Positions 52,401 through 64,000 of a DNA stretch of 64,000 bases are shown here, piece after piece; position 1 is the first letter of the stretch, and each line of letters begins with the position of its first letter. Both the position numbers and the translations under genes were made by a program. Below the pieces are notes generated by a model, which was not told the origin of the DNA, made no database searches, and saw only the letters and a program-made list of their open reading frames with translations. Source of the stretch: Leptogorgia sarmentosa (taxonomy: Eukaryota); contig OZ210885.1 of NCBI GenBank assembly GCA_964658305.1, positions 16,926,001 through 16,990,000 on the forward strand, in the 5' to 3' direction.

Positions 52401-54437
52401 CAAATGTCTACCACCATACCAGTAGGAAAATACCGGTTCTCGTCTGATCACCGAAGTTAAGCCTAGGTGGGCAAAGTTAGTACTTGGATGGGTGACCACC
52501 TGGGAATATTTTGTGTTGTAGACTTGCTTCATTTTATTGTATGTGTGTTTGTAAATAGGTTTGCTTTCAATTTCAACTTGAGGGTTTTCTTATTGTTACA
52601 TGTTTAAAAAGTGTAACTTCCATCAACAAATGTCTACGACCATACCAGCAGGAAAATACCGGTTCTCGTCTGATCACCGAAGTTAAGCCTAGGTGGGCAA
52701 GTTAGTACTTGGATGGGTGACCACCTGGGAATACTTTGTTTTGTAGACTTGCTTCATTTTATTGTATGTGTGTTTGTAAATAGGTTTGCTTTCAATTTCA
52801 ACCTTAGGGTTTTGTTATTGTTACACGTTTAAAAAGTGTAACTTCCATCAACAAATGTCTACGACCATACCAGTAGGAAAATACCGGTTCTCGTCTGATC
52901 ACCGAAGTTAACCCTAGGTGGGAAAAGTTAGTAGTTGTATGGGTGACCACCTGGGAATACTTTGTGTTGTCGACTTGCTTCATTTTATTGTATGTGTGTT
53001 TGTAAATAGGTTTGCTTTCAATTTCAACTTCAGGGTTTTGTTATTGTTACACGTTTAAAAAGTGTTACTTCCATCAACAAATGTCTACGACCATACCAGT
53101 AGGAAAATACCGGTTCTCGTCTGATCACCGAAGTTAACCCTAGGTGGGAAAAGTTAGTAGTTGTATGGGTGACCACCTGGGAATACTTTGTGTTGTCGAC
53201 TTGCTTCATTTTATTGTATGTGTGTTTGTAAATAGGTTTGCTTTCAATTTCAACTTCAGGGTTTTGTTATTGTTACACGTTTAAAAAGTGTTACTTCCAT
53301 CAACAAATGTCTACGACCATACTAGTAGGAAAATACCGGTCCTCGTCTGATCACCGAAGTTAAGCCTAGGTGGGCAAGGTTAGTAGTTGGATGGGTGACC
53401 ACCTGGGAATATTTTGTGTTGTACACTTGCTTCATTTTATTGTATGTGTGTTTCTAAATAGGTTTGCTTTCAATTTCAACTTCAGGGTTTTCTTATTGTT
53501 ACACGTTTAAAAAGTGTAACTTCCATCAACAAATGTCTACGACCATACCAGTAGCAAAATACCGGTTCTCGTCTGATCACCGAAGTTAACCCTAGGTGGG
53601 CAAAGTTAGTAGTTGGATGGGTGACCACCTGGGAATACTTCGTGTTGTAGACTTGCTTCATTTTATTGTATGTGTGTTTGTAAATAGGTTTGCTTGGAAT
53701 TTCAACTTCAGGGTTTTGTTATTGTTACACGTTTAAAAAGTGTAACTTCCATCAACCGATGTCTACGACCATACCTGTAGGAAAATACCGGTTCTCCTCT
53801 GATCACCGAAGTTAAGCCTAGGTGGGAAAAGTTAGTAGTTGTATGGGTGACCACCTGGGAATACTTTGTGTTGTAGACTTGCTTCATTTTATTGTATGTG
53901 TGTTTGTAAATAGGTTTGCTTTCAATTTCAACTTCAGGGTTTTGTTATTGTTACACGTTTAAAAAGTGTTACTTCCATCAACAAATGTCTACGACCATAC
54001 CAGTAGGAAAATACCGGTCCTCGTCTGATCACCGAAGTTAAGCCTAGGTGGGCAAGGTTAGTAGTTGGATGGGTGACCACCTGGGAATATTTTGTGTTGT
54101 ACACTTGCTTCATTTTATTGTATGTGTGTTTCTAAATAGGTTTGCTTTCAATTTCAACTTCAGGGTTTTGTTATTGTTACACGTTTAAAAAGTGTTACTT
54201 CCATCGGCAAATGTCTACGACCATACCAGTAGGAAAATACCGGTTCTCGTCTGATCACCGAAGTTAAGCCTAGGTGGGCAAGTCAGTACTTGGATGGGTG
54301 ACCACCTGGGAATACTTTGTGTTGTAGACTTGCTTCATTTTATTGTATGTGTGTTTGTAGATAGGTTTGCTTTCAATTTCAACTTCAGGGATTTGTTATT
54401 GTTACACGTTTAAAAAGTGTTACTTCCATGAACAAAT

Positions 54438-55999
54438 GTCTACGACCATACCAGTAGGAAAATACCGGTTCTCGTCTGATCACCGAAGTTAAGCCTAGGT
54501 GGGGAAAGTTAGTACTTGGATGGGTGACCACCTGGGAATACTTTTTTTTGTAGACTTGCTTCATTTTATTGTATGTGTGTTTGCAAATAGGTTTGCTTTC
54601 AATGTAAACTTCAGGGATTTTGTTATTGCTACATCTGGAAATACTTTGTATTGTTGTTTTGCTAAATGTTATTTAATGCCTATTTGTAAATATACTTCCT
54701 TTCAATTTCAACTTCGGGGTTTTGTTATTGTTACACGATTAAAAAGTGTAACTTCCATCAACAAATGTGTACGACCGTACGAGTAGGAAAATACCGGTTC
54801 TCGTCTGATCACCGAAGTTAAGCCTAGGTGGGCACAGTTAGTAGTTGGATGGGTGACCACCTGGGAATACTTTGTGTTGTAGACTTGCTTCATTTTATTG
54901 TATGTGTGTTTGTAAATAGGTTTGCTTTCAATTTCAACTTCAGGGATTTGTTATTGTTACACGTTTTAAAAGTGTAACTTCCATCAGCAAATGTCTACGA
55001 CCATACCAGTAGGAAAATACCGGTTCTCGTCTGATCACCGAAGTTAAGCCTAGGTGGGCAAAGTTAGTACTTGGATGGGTGACCACCTGGGAATACTTTG
55101 TGTTGTAGACTTGCTTCATTTTATTGTATGTGTGTTTGTAAATAGGTTTGCTTTCAATTTCATCTTCAGGGTTTTGTTATTGTTACACGTTTAAAAAGTG
55201 TTACTTCCATCAACAAATGTCTACGACCATACCAGTAGGAAAATACCGGTTCTCGTCTGATCACCGAAGTTAAGCCTAGGTGGGGAAAGTTAGTACTTGG
55301 ATGGGTGACCACCTGGGAATACTTTTTTTTGTAGACTTGCTTCATTTTATTGTATGTGTGTTTGCAAATAGGTTTGCTTTCAATGTAAACTTCAGGGATT
55401 TTGTTATTGCTACATCTGGAAATACTTTGTATTGTTGTTTTGCTAAATGTTATTTAATGCCTATTTGTAAATATACTTCCTTTCAATTTCAACTTCGGGG
55501 TTTTGTTATTGTTACACGATTAAAAAGTGTAACTTCCATCAACAAATGTGTACGACCGTACGAGTAGGAAAATACCGGTTCTCGTCTGATCACCGAAGTT
55601 AAGCCTAGGTGGGCACAGTTAGTAGTTGGATGGGTGACCGCCTGGGAATACTTTGTGTTGTAGACTTGCTTCATTTTATTGTATGTGTGTTTGTAAATAG
55701 GTTTGCTTTCAATTTCAACTTCAGGGATTTGTTATTGTTACACGTTTTAAAAGTGTAACTTCCATCAGCAAATGTCTACGACCATACCAGTAGGAAAATA
55801 CCGGTTCTCGTCTGATCACCGAAGTTAAGCCTAGGTGGGCAAAGTTAGTACTTGGATGGGTGACCACCTGGGAATACTTTGTGTTGTAGACTTGCTTCAT
55901 TTTATTGTATGTGTGTTTGTAAATAGGTTTGCTTTCAATTTCATCTTCAGGGTTTTGTTATTGTTACACGTTTAAAAAGTGTTACTTCCATCAACAAAT
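54438..55999 (+). repeat. Trimer tandem duplication, 781 bp (329 + 2x226)
   Basis: Identical long units at 54438 and 55219, followed by the same two haplotypes including the GGGATTTG + TTTTAAAA spacer combination. Confidence 0.85.
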
Positions 56000-58900
56000 G
56001 TCTACGACCATACCAGTAGGAAAATACCGGTTCTCGTCTGATCACCGAAGTTAAGCCTAGGTGGGCAAAGTTAGTACTTGGATGGGTGACTACCTGGGAA
56101 TACTTTGTGTTGTAGACTTGCTTCATTTTATTGTATGTGTGTTTGTAAATATAATTCCTTTCAATTTCAACTTCAGGGTTTTGTTATTGTTACACGTTTA
56201 AAAAGTGTAACTTCCATCAACAATTGTCTACGACCATACCAGTAGGAAAATACCGGTTCTCGTCTGATCACAGAAGTTAAGCCTAGGTGGGCAAAGTTAG
56301 TACTTGGATGGGTGACTACCTGGGAATACTTTGTGTTGTAGACTTGCTTCATTTTATTGTAGGTGTGTTTGTAAGTAGGTTTGCTTTCAATTTCAACTTC
56401 AGGGTTTTGTTATTGTTACACGTTTAAAAAGTGTAACTTCCATCAACAAATGTCTACAACCATACCAGTAGCAAAATACCGGTTCTCGTCTGATCACCGA
56501 AGTGAAGCCTAGATGGGCAAAGTTAGTACTTGGATGGGTGACCACCTGGGAATACTTTGTGTTGTAGACTTGCTTCATTTTATTGTATGTGTGTTTGTAA
56601 ATAGGTTTGCTTTCAATTTCAACTTCAGGGTTTTGTTATTGTTACACGTTTAAAAAGTGTTACTTCCATCAAGAAATATCTATGACCATACCAGTAGGAA
56701 AATACCGGTTCTCGTCTGATCACCGAAGTTAAGCCTAGGTGGGCAAGGTTAGTAGTTGGATGGGTGACCACCTGGGAATATTTTGTGTTGTACACTTGCT
56801 TCATTTTATTGTATGTGTGTTTCTAAATAGGTTTGCTTTCAATTTCAACTTCAGGGTTTTCTTATTGTTACACGTTTAAAAAGTGTAACTTCCATCAACA
56901 AATGTCTACGACCATACCAGTAGCAAAATACCGGTTCTCGTCTGATCACCGAAGTTAACCCTAGGTGGGCAAAGTTAGTAGTTGGATGGGTGACCACCTG
57001 GGAATACTTTGTGTTGTAGACTTGCTTCATTTTATTGTATGTGTGTTTGTAAATAGGTTTGCTTGGAATTTCAACTTCAGGGTTTTGTTATTGTTACACG
57101 TTTAAAAAGTGTAACTTCCATCAACAGATGTCTACGACCATACCTGTAGGAAAATACCGGTTCTCCTCTGATCACCGAAGTTAAGCCTAGGTGGGAAAAG
57201 TTAGTAGTTGTATGGGTGACCACCTGGGAGTACTTTGTGTTGTAGACTTGCTTCATTTTATTGTATGTGTGTTTGTAAATAGGTTTGCTTTCAATTTCAA
57301 CTTCAGGGTTTTGTTATTGTTACACGTTTAAAAAGTGTAACTTCCATCAACAAATGTCTACCACCATACCAGTAGGAAAATACCGGTTCTCGTCTGATCA
57401 CCGAAGTTAAGCCTAGGTGGGCAAAGTTAGTACTTGGATGGGTGACCACCTGGGAATATTTTGTGTTGTAGACTTGCTTCATTTTATTGTATGTGTGTTT
57501 GTAAATAGGTTTGCTTTCAATTTCAACTTGAGGGTTTTCTTATTGTTACATGTTCAAAAAGTGTAACTTCCATCAACAAATGTCTACGACCATACCAGCA
57601 GGAAAATACCGGTTCTCGTCTGATCACCGAAGTTAAGCCTAGGTGGGCAAGTTAGTACTTGGATGGGTGACCACCTGGGAATACTTTGTTTTGTAGACTT
57701 GCTTCATTTTATTGTATGTGTGTTTGTAAATAGGTTTGCTTTCAATTTCAACTTTAGGGTTTTGTTATTGTTACACGTTTAAAAAGTGTAACTTCCATCA
57801 ACAAATGTCTACGACCATACCAGTAGGAAAATACCGGTTCTCGTCTGATCACCGAAGTTAACCCTAGGTGGGCAAAGTTAGTAGTTGGATGGGTGACAAC
57901 CTGGGAATACTTTGTGTTGTAGACTTGCTTCATTTTATTGTATGTGTGTTTGTAAATAGGTTTGCTTGGAATTTCAACTTCAGGGTTTTGTTATTGTTAC
58001 ACGTTTAAAAAGTGTAACTTCCATCAACAGATGTCTACGACCATACCTGTAGGAAAATACCGGTTCTCCTCTGATCACCGAAGTTAAGCCTAGGTGGGAA
58101 AAGTTAGTAGTTGTATGGGTGACCACCTGGGAATACTTTGTGTTGTCGACTTGCTTCATTTTATTGTATGTGTGTTTGTAAATAGGTTTGCTTTCAATTT
58201 CAACTTCAGGGTTTTGTTATTGTTACACGTTTAAAAAGTGTTACTTCCATCAACAAATGTCTACGACCATACTAGTAGGAAAATACCGGTCCTCGTCTGA
58301 TCACCGAAGTTAAGCCTAGGTGGGCAAGGTTAGTAGTTGGATGGGTGACCACCTGGGAATATTTTGTGTTGTACACTTGCTTCATTTTATTGTATGTGTG
58401 TTTCTAAATAGGTTTGCTTTCAATTTCAACTTCAGGGTTTTGTTATTGTTACACGTTTAAAAAGTGTTACTTCCATCAACAAATGTCTATGACCATACCT
58501 GTAGGAAAATACCGGTTCTCGTCTGATCACCGAAGTTAAGCCTAGGTGGGAAAAGTTAGTAGTTGTATGGATGACCACCTGGGAATACTTTGTGTTGTAG
58601 ACTTGCTTCATTTTATTGTATGTGTGTTTGTAAATAGGTTTGCTTTCAATTTCAACTTCAGGGTTTTGTTATTGTTACACGTTTAAAAAGTGTTACTTCC
58701 ATCAACAAATGTCTACGACCATACCTGTAGGAAAATACCGGTTCTCGTCTGATCACCGAAGTGAAGCCTAGATGGGCAAAGTTAGTAGTTGTATGGGTGA
58801 CCACCTGGGAATACTTTGTGTTGTAGACTTGCTTCATTTTATTGTATGTGTGTTTGTAAATAGGTTTGCTTTCAATTTCAACTTCAGGGTTTTGTTATTG

Positions 58901-61900
58901 TTACACGTTTAAAAAGTGTTACTTCCATCAACAAATGTCTACGACCATACCAGTAGGAAAATACCGGTTCTCGTCTGATCACCGAAATTAAGCCTAGGTG
59001 GGCAAGGTTAGTAGTTGGATGGGTGACCCCCTGGGAATATTTTGTGTTGTACACTTGCTTCATTTTATTGTATGTGTGTTTCTAAATAGGTTTGCTTTCA
59101 ATTTCAACTTCAGGGTTTTGTTATTGTTACACGTTTAAAAAGTGTTACTTCCATCAACAAATGTCTACGACCATACAAGTAGGAAAATACCGGTTCTCGT
59201 CTGATCACCGAAGTAAAGAATAGGTGGGCAATGTTAGTACTTGGATGGGTGACTACCTGGGAATACTTTGTGTTGTAGACTTGCTTCATTTTATTGTATG
59301 TGTGTTTGTAAATAGGTTTGCTTTCAATTTCAACTTCAGGGTTTTGTTATTGTTACACGTTTAAAAAGTGTAACTTCCATCAAAGAATGTCTACGACCAT
59401 ACCAGTAGGAAAATGCCTGGTCTCGTCTGATCACCGAAGTTTAGCCTAGGTGGGAAAAGTTAGTACTTGGATGGGTGACCACCTGGGAATACTTTGTGTT
59501 GTAGACTTGCTTCATTTTATTGTATGTGTGTTTGTAAATAGGTTTGCTTTCAATTTCAACTTCAGGGTTTTGTTATTGTTACACGTTTAAAAAGTGTTAC
59601 TTCCATCAACAAATGTCTACGACCTTACCAGTAGGAAAATACCGGTTCTCGTCTGATCACCGAAGTTAAGCCTTGGTGGGCAAAGTTAGTACTTGGATGG
59701 GTGACCACCTGGGAATACTTTGTGTTGTAGACTTGCTTCATTTTATTGTATGTGTGTTTTTAAATATGTTTGCTTTCAATTTCAACTTCAGGGTTTTGTT
59801 ATTGTTACATGTTTAAAAAGTGTAACTTCCATCAACAAATGTCTACGACCATACCAGCAGGAAAATACCGGTTCTCATCTGATCACCGAAGTTAGGCCTA
59901 GGTGGGCAAAGTTAGTACTTGGATGGGTGACCACCTGGGAATACTTTGTGTTGTAGACTTGCTTCATTTTATTGTATGTGTGTTTGTAAATAGGTTTGCT
60001 TTCAATGTAAACTTCAGGGATTTTGTTTTTGCTACATCTGGAAATACTTTGTATTGTTGTTTTGCTAAATGTTATTTAATGCCTATTTGTAAATATAATT
60101 CCTTTCAATTTCAACTTCAGGGTTTTGTTATTGTTACACGTTTAAAAAGTGTTACTTCCATCAACAAATGTCTACGACCGTACGAGTAGGAAAATACCGG
60201 TTCTCGTCTGATCACCGAAGTTAAGCCTAGGTGGGCAAAGTTAGTAGTTGGATGGGTGACCACTTGGGAATACTTTGTGTTGTAGAGTTGCTTCATTTTA
60301 TTGTATGTGTGTTTGTAAATAGGTTTGCTTTCAATTTCAACTTCAGGGTTTTTTTATTGTTACACGTTTAAAAAGTGTAACTTCCATCAACAAATGTCTA
60401 CGACCATACCAGTAGGAAAATACCGGTTCTCGTCTGATCACCGAAGTTAAGCCTAGGTGGGCAAAGTTAGTACTTGGATGGGTGACCACCTGGGAATACT
60501 TTGTGTTGTAGACTTGCTTCATTTTATTGTATGTGTGTTTGTAAATAGGTTTGCTTTCAATTTCAACTTCAGGGTTTTGTTATTGTTACACGTTTAAAAA
60601 GTGTAACTTCCATCAACAAATGTCTACGACCATACCTGTAGGAAAATACCGGTTCTCGTCTGATGACCGAAGTTAAGCCTAGGTGGGCAAAGTTAGTACT
60701 TGGATGGGTGACTACCTGGGAATACTTTGTGTTGTAGACTTGCTTCATTTTATTGTATGTGTGTTTGTAAATATAATTCCTTTCAATTTCAACTTCAGGG
60801 TTTTGTTATTGTTACACGTTTAAAAAGTGTTACTTCCATCGGCAAATGTCTACGACCATACCAGTAGGAAAATACCGGTTCTCGTCTGATCACCGAAGTT
60901 AAGCCTAGGTGGGCAAGTTAGTACTTGGATGGGTGACCACCTGGGAATACTTTGTGTTGTAGACTTGCTTCATTTTATTGTATGTGTGTTTGTAAATAGG
61001 TTTGCTTTCAATTTCAACTTCAGGGATTTGTTATTGTTACACGTTTAAAAAGTGTTACTTCCATGAACAAATGTCTACGACCATACCAGTAGGAAAATAC
61101 CGGTTCTCGTCTGATCACCGAAGTTAAGCCTAGGTGGGGAAAGTTAGTACTTGGATGGGTGACCACCTGGGAATACTTTTTTTTGTAGACTTGCTTCATT
61201 TTATTGTATGTGTGTTTGCAAATAGGTTTGCTTTCAATGTAAACTTCAGGGATTTTGTTATTGCTACATCTGGAAATACTTTGTATTGTTGTTTTGCTAA
61301 ATGTTATTTAATGCCTATTTGTAAATATACTTCCTTTCAATTTCAACTTCGGGGTTTTGTTATTGTTACACGATTAAAAAGTGTAACTTCCATCAACAAA
61401 TGTGTACGACCGTACGAGTAGGAAAATACCGGTTCTCGTCTGATCACCGAAGTTAAGCCTAGGTGGGCACAGTTAGTAGTTGGATGGGTGACCACCTGGG
61501 AATACTTTGTGTTGTAGACTTGCTTCATTTTATTGTATGTGTGTTTGTAAATAGGTTTGCTTTCAATTTCAACTTCAGGGTTTTGTTATTGTTACACGTT
61601 TTAAAAGTGTAACTTCCATCAGCAAATGTCTACGACCATACCAGTAGGAAAATACCGGTTCTCGTCTGATCACCGAAGTTAAGCCTAGGTGGGCAAAGTT
61701 AGTACTTGGATGGGTGACCACCTGGGAATACTTTGTGTTGTAGACTTGCTTCACTTTATTGTATGTGTGTTTGTAAATAGGTTTGCTTTCAATTTCATCT
61801 TCAGGGTTTTGTTATTGTTACACGTTTAAAAAGTGTTACTTCCATCAACAAATGTCTACGACCATACCAGTAGGAAAATACCGGTTCTCGTCTGATCACC

Positions 61901-63887
61901 GAAGTTAAGCCTAGGTGGGCAAAGTTAGTACTTGGATGGGTGACTACCTGGGAATACTTTGTGTTGTAGACTTGCTTCATTTTATTGTATGTGTGTTTGT
62001 AAATATAATTCCTTTCAATTTCAACTTCAGGGTTTTGTTATTGTTACACGTTTAAAAAGTGTAACTTCCATCAACAATTGTCTACGACCATACCAGTAGG
62101 AAAATACCGGTTCTCGTCTGATCACAGAAGTTAAGCCTAGGTGGGCAACGTTAGTACTTGGATGGGTGACTAGCTGGGAATACTTTGTGTTGTAGACTTG
62201 CTTCATTTTATTGTATGCGTGTTTGTAAATAGGTTTGCTTTCAATTTCAACTTCAGGGTTTTGTTATTGTTACACGTTTAAAAAGTGTTACTTCCATCCA
62301 GAAATATCTATGACCATACCAGTAGGAAAATACCGGTTCTCGTCTGATCACCGAAGTTAAGCCTAGGTGGGCAAGGTTGGTAGTTGGATGGGTGACCACC
62401 TGGGAATATTTTGTGTTGTACACTTGCTTCATTTTATTGTATGTGTGTTTCTAAATAGGTTTGCTTTCAATTTCAACTTCAGGGTTTTCTTATTGTTACA
62501 CGTTTAAAAAGTGTAACTTCCATCAACAAATGTCTACGACCATACCAGTAGCAAAATACCGGTTCTCGTCTGATCACCGAAGTTAACCCTAGGTGGGCAC
62601 AGTTAGTAGTTGGATGGGTGACCACCTGGGAATACTTTGTGTTGTAGACTTGCTTCATTTTATTGTATGTGTGTTTGTAAATAGGTTTGCTTTCAATTTC
62701 AACTTCAGGGTTTTGTTATTGTTACACGTTTTAAAAGTGTAACTTCCATCAGCAAATGTCTACGACCATACCAGTAGGAAAATACCGGTTCTCGTCTGAT
62801 CACCGAAGTTAAGCCTAGGTGGGCAAAGTTAGTACTTGGATGGGTGACCACCTGGGAATACTTTGTGTTGTAGACTTGCTTCATTTTATTGTATGTGTGT
62901 TTGTAAATAGGTTTGCTTTCAATTTCATCTTCAGGGTTTTGTTATTGTTACACGTTTAAAAAGTGTTACTTCCATCAACAAATGTCTACGACCATACCAG
63001 TAGGAAAATACTGGTTCTCGTCTGATCACCGAAGTTAAGCCTAGGTGGGCAAAGTTAGTACTTTGATGGGTGACTACCTGGGAATACTTTGTGTTGTAGA
63101 CTTGCTTCATTTTATTGTATGTGTGTTTGTAAATATAATTCCTTTCAATTTCAACTTCAGGGTTTTGTTATTGTTACACGTTTAAAAAGTGTAACTTCCA
63201 TCAACAATTGTCTACGACCATACCAGTAGGAAAATACCGGTTCTCGTCTGATCACAGAAGTTAAGCCTAGGTGGGCAAAGTTAGTACTTGGATGGGTGAC
63301 TAGCTGGGAATACTTTGTGTTGTAGACTTGCTTCATTTTATTGTATGCGTGTTTGTAAATAGGTTTGCTTTCAATTTCAACTTCAGGGTTTTGTTATTGT
63401 TACACGTTGAAAAAGTGTAACTTCCATCAACAAATGTCTACGACCATACCAGTAGGAAAATACCGGTTCTCGTCTGATCACCAAAGTTAAGCCTAGGTGG
63501 GCAAAGTTAGTAGTTGGATGGGTGACCACCTGGGAATATTTTGTGTTGTAGACTTGCTTCATTTTATTGTATGTCTGTTTGTAAATAGGTTTGCTTTCAA
63601 TTTCAACTTCAGGGTTTTGTTATTGTTACACGTTTAAAAAGTGTAACTTCCATCAACAAATGTCTACGACCATACCAGTGGGAAAATACCGGTTCTCGTC
63701 TGATCACCGAAGTTAAGCCTAGGTGGGCACAGTTAGTAGTTGGATGGGTGACCACCTGGGAATACTTTGTGTTGTAGACTTGCTTCATTTTATTGTATGT
63801 GTGTTTGTAAATAGGTTTGCTTTCAATTTCAACTTCAGGGTTTTGTTATTGTTACACGTTTTAAAAGTGTAACTTCCATCAGCAAAT

Positions 63888-64000
63888 GTCTACGACCATA
63901 CCAGTAGGAAAATACCGGTTCTCGTCTGATCACCGAAGTTAAGCCTAGGTGAGCAAAGTTAGTACTTGGATGGGTGACCACCTGGGAATACTTTGTGTTG
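63888..64000 (+). rRNA. 5S: 5S copy cut by window end (nt 1-113)
   Basis: Matches consensus apart from G65A. Confidence 0.85.

Larger units (their letters stand above)
1..64000 (+). repeat. Tandem 5S rDNA (or 5S-derived satellite) array, about 272 head-to-tail units of 226 bp (some 225 bp; 24 of 329 bp); runs off both window ends
   Basis: Same 120-nt 5S-like sequence plus 106-bp spacer recurs every 226 bp throughout, all in one orientation. Copy number estimated as (64000 - 24x103)/226. Confidence 0.98.

Noticed and set aside
1..64000. CRISPR-like array
   Set aside because: Both parts of the unit are repeated, there are no unique spacers or cas genes, and the repeat is a eukaryotic 5S sequence.
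1..64000. Assigning a species or phylum
   Set aside because: The motifs resemble invertebrate metazoan 5S, but the sequence is too divergent to place without a database search.

Overview
The whole 64 kb window is one uninterrupted head-to-tail (+ strand) tandem array of a eukaryotic, invertebrate-metazoan-like 5S rRNA gene. I estimate about 272 copies from unit lengths. The basic unit is 226 bp: a 120-nt 5S region GTCTACGACC...GTTGTAGACTT plus a 106-bp AT-rich spacer with a T4 Pol III terminator and a TATA-like box at -29..-22. Twenty-four units are 329 bp because they carry an extra 103 bp, which aligns without gaps to the 3' end of 5S plus spacer and so is a deleted, decayed second unit. 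The consensus is a divergent 5S that still folds: helix V is fully compensated (CAAAGU/ACUUUG), but helix II has a G·G mismatch. The array is far from homogeneous. Many recurring monomer haplotypes, many of them structure- or transcription-damaging, are arranged in satellite-like higher-order repeats and block duplications (offsets 781, 1130, 3370, 3821, 6307, 7536 and 10259 bp). No credible protein-coding gene, tRNA, transposon or CRISPR array is present, and all listed ORFs are by-products of the repeat. The main open question is whether this is an expressed variant (e.g. germline-type) 5S class or a 5S-derived satellite, possibly centromeric. Sequence alone cannot decide this. All alignments and counts were done by eye.
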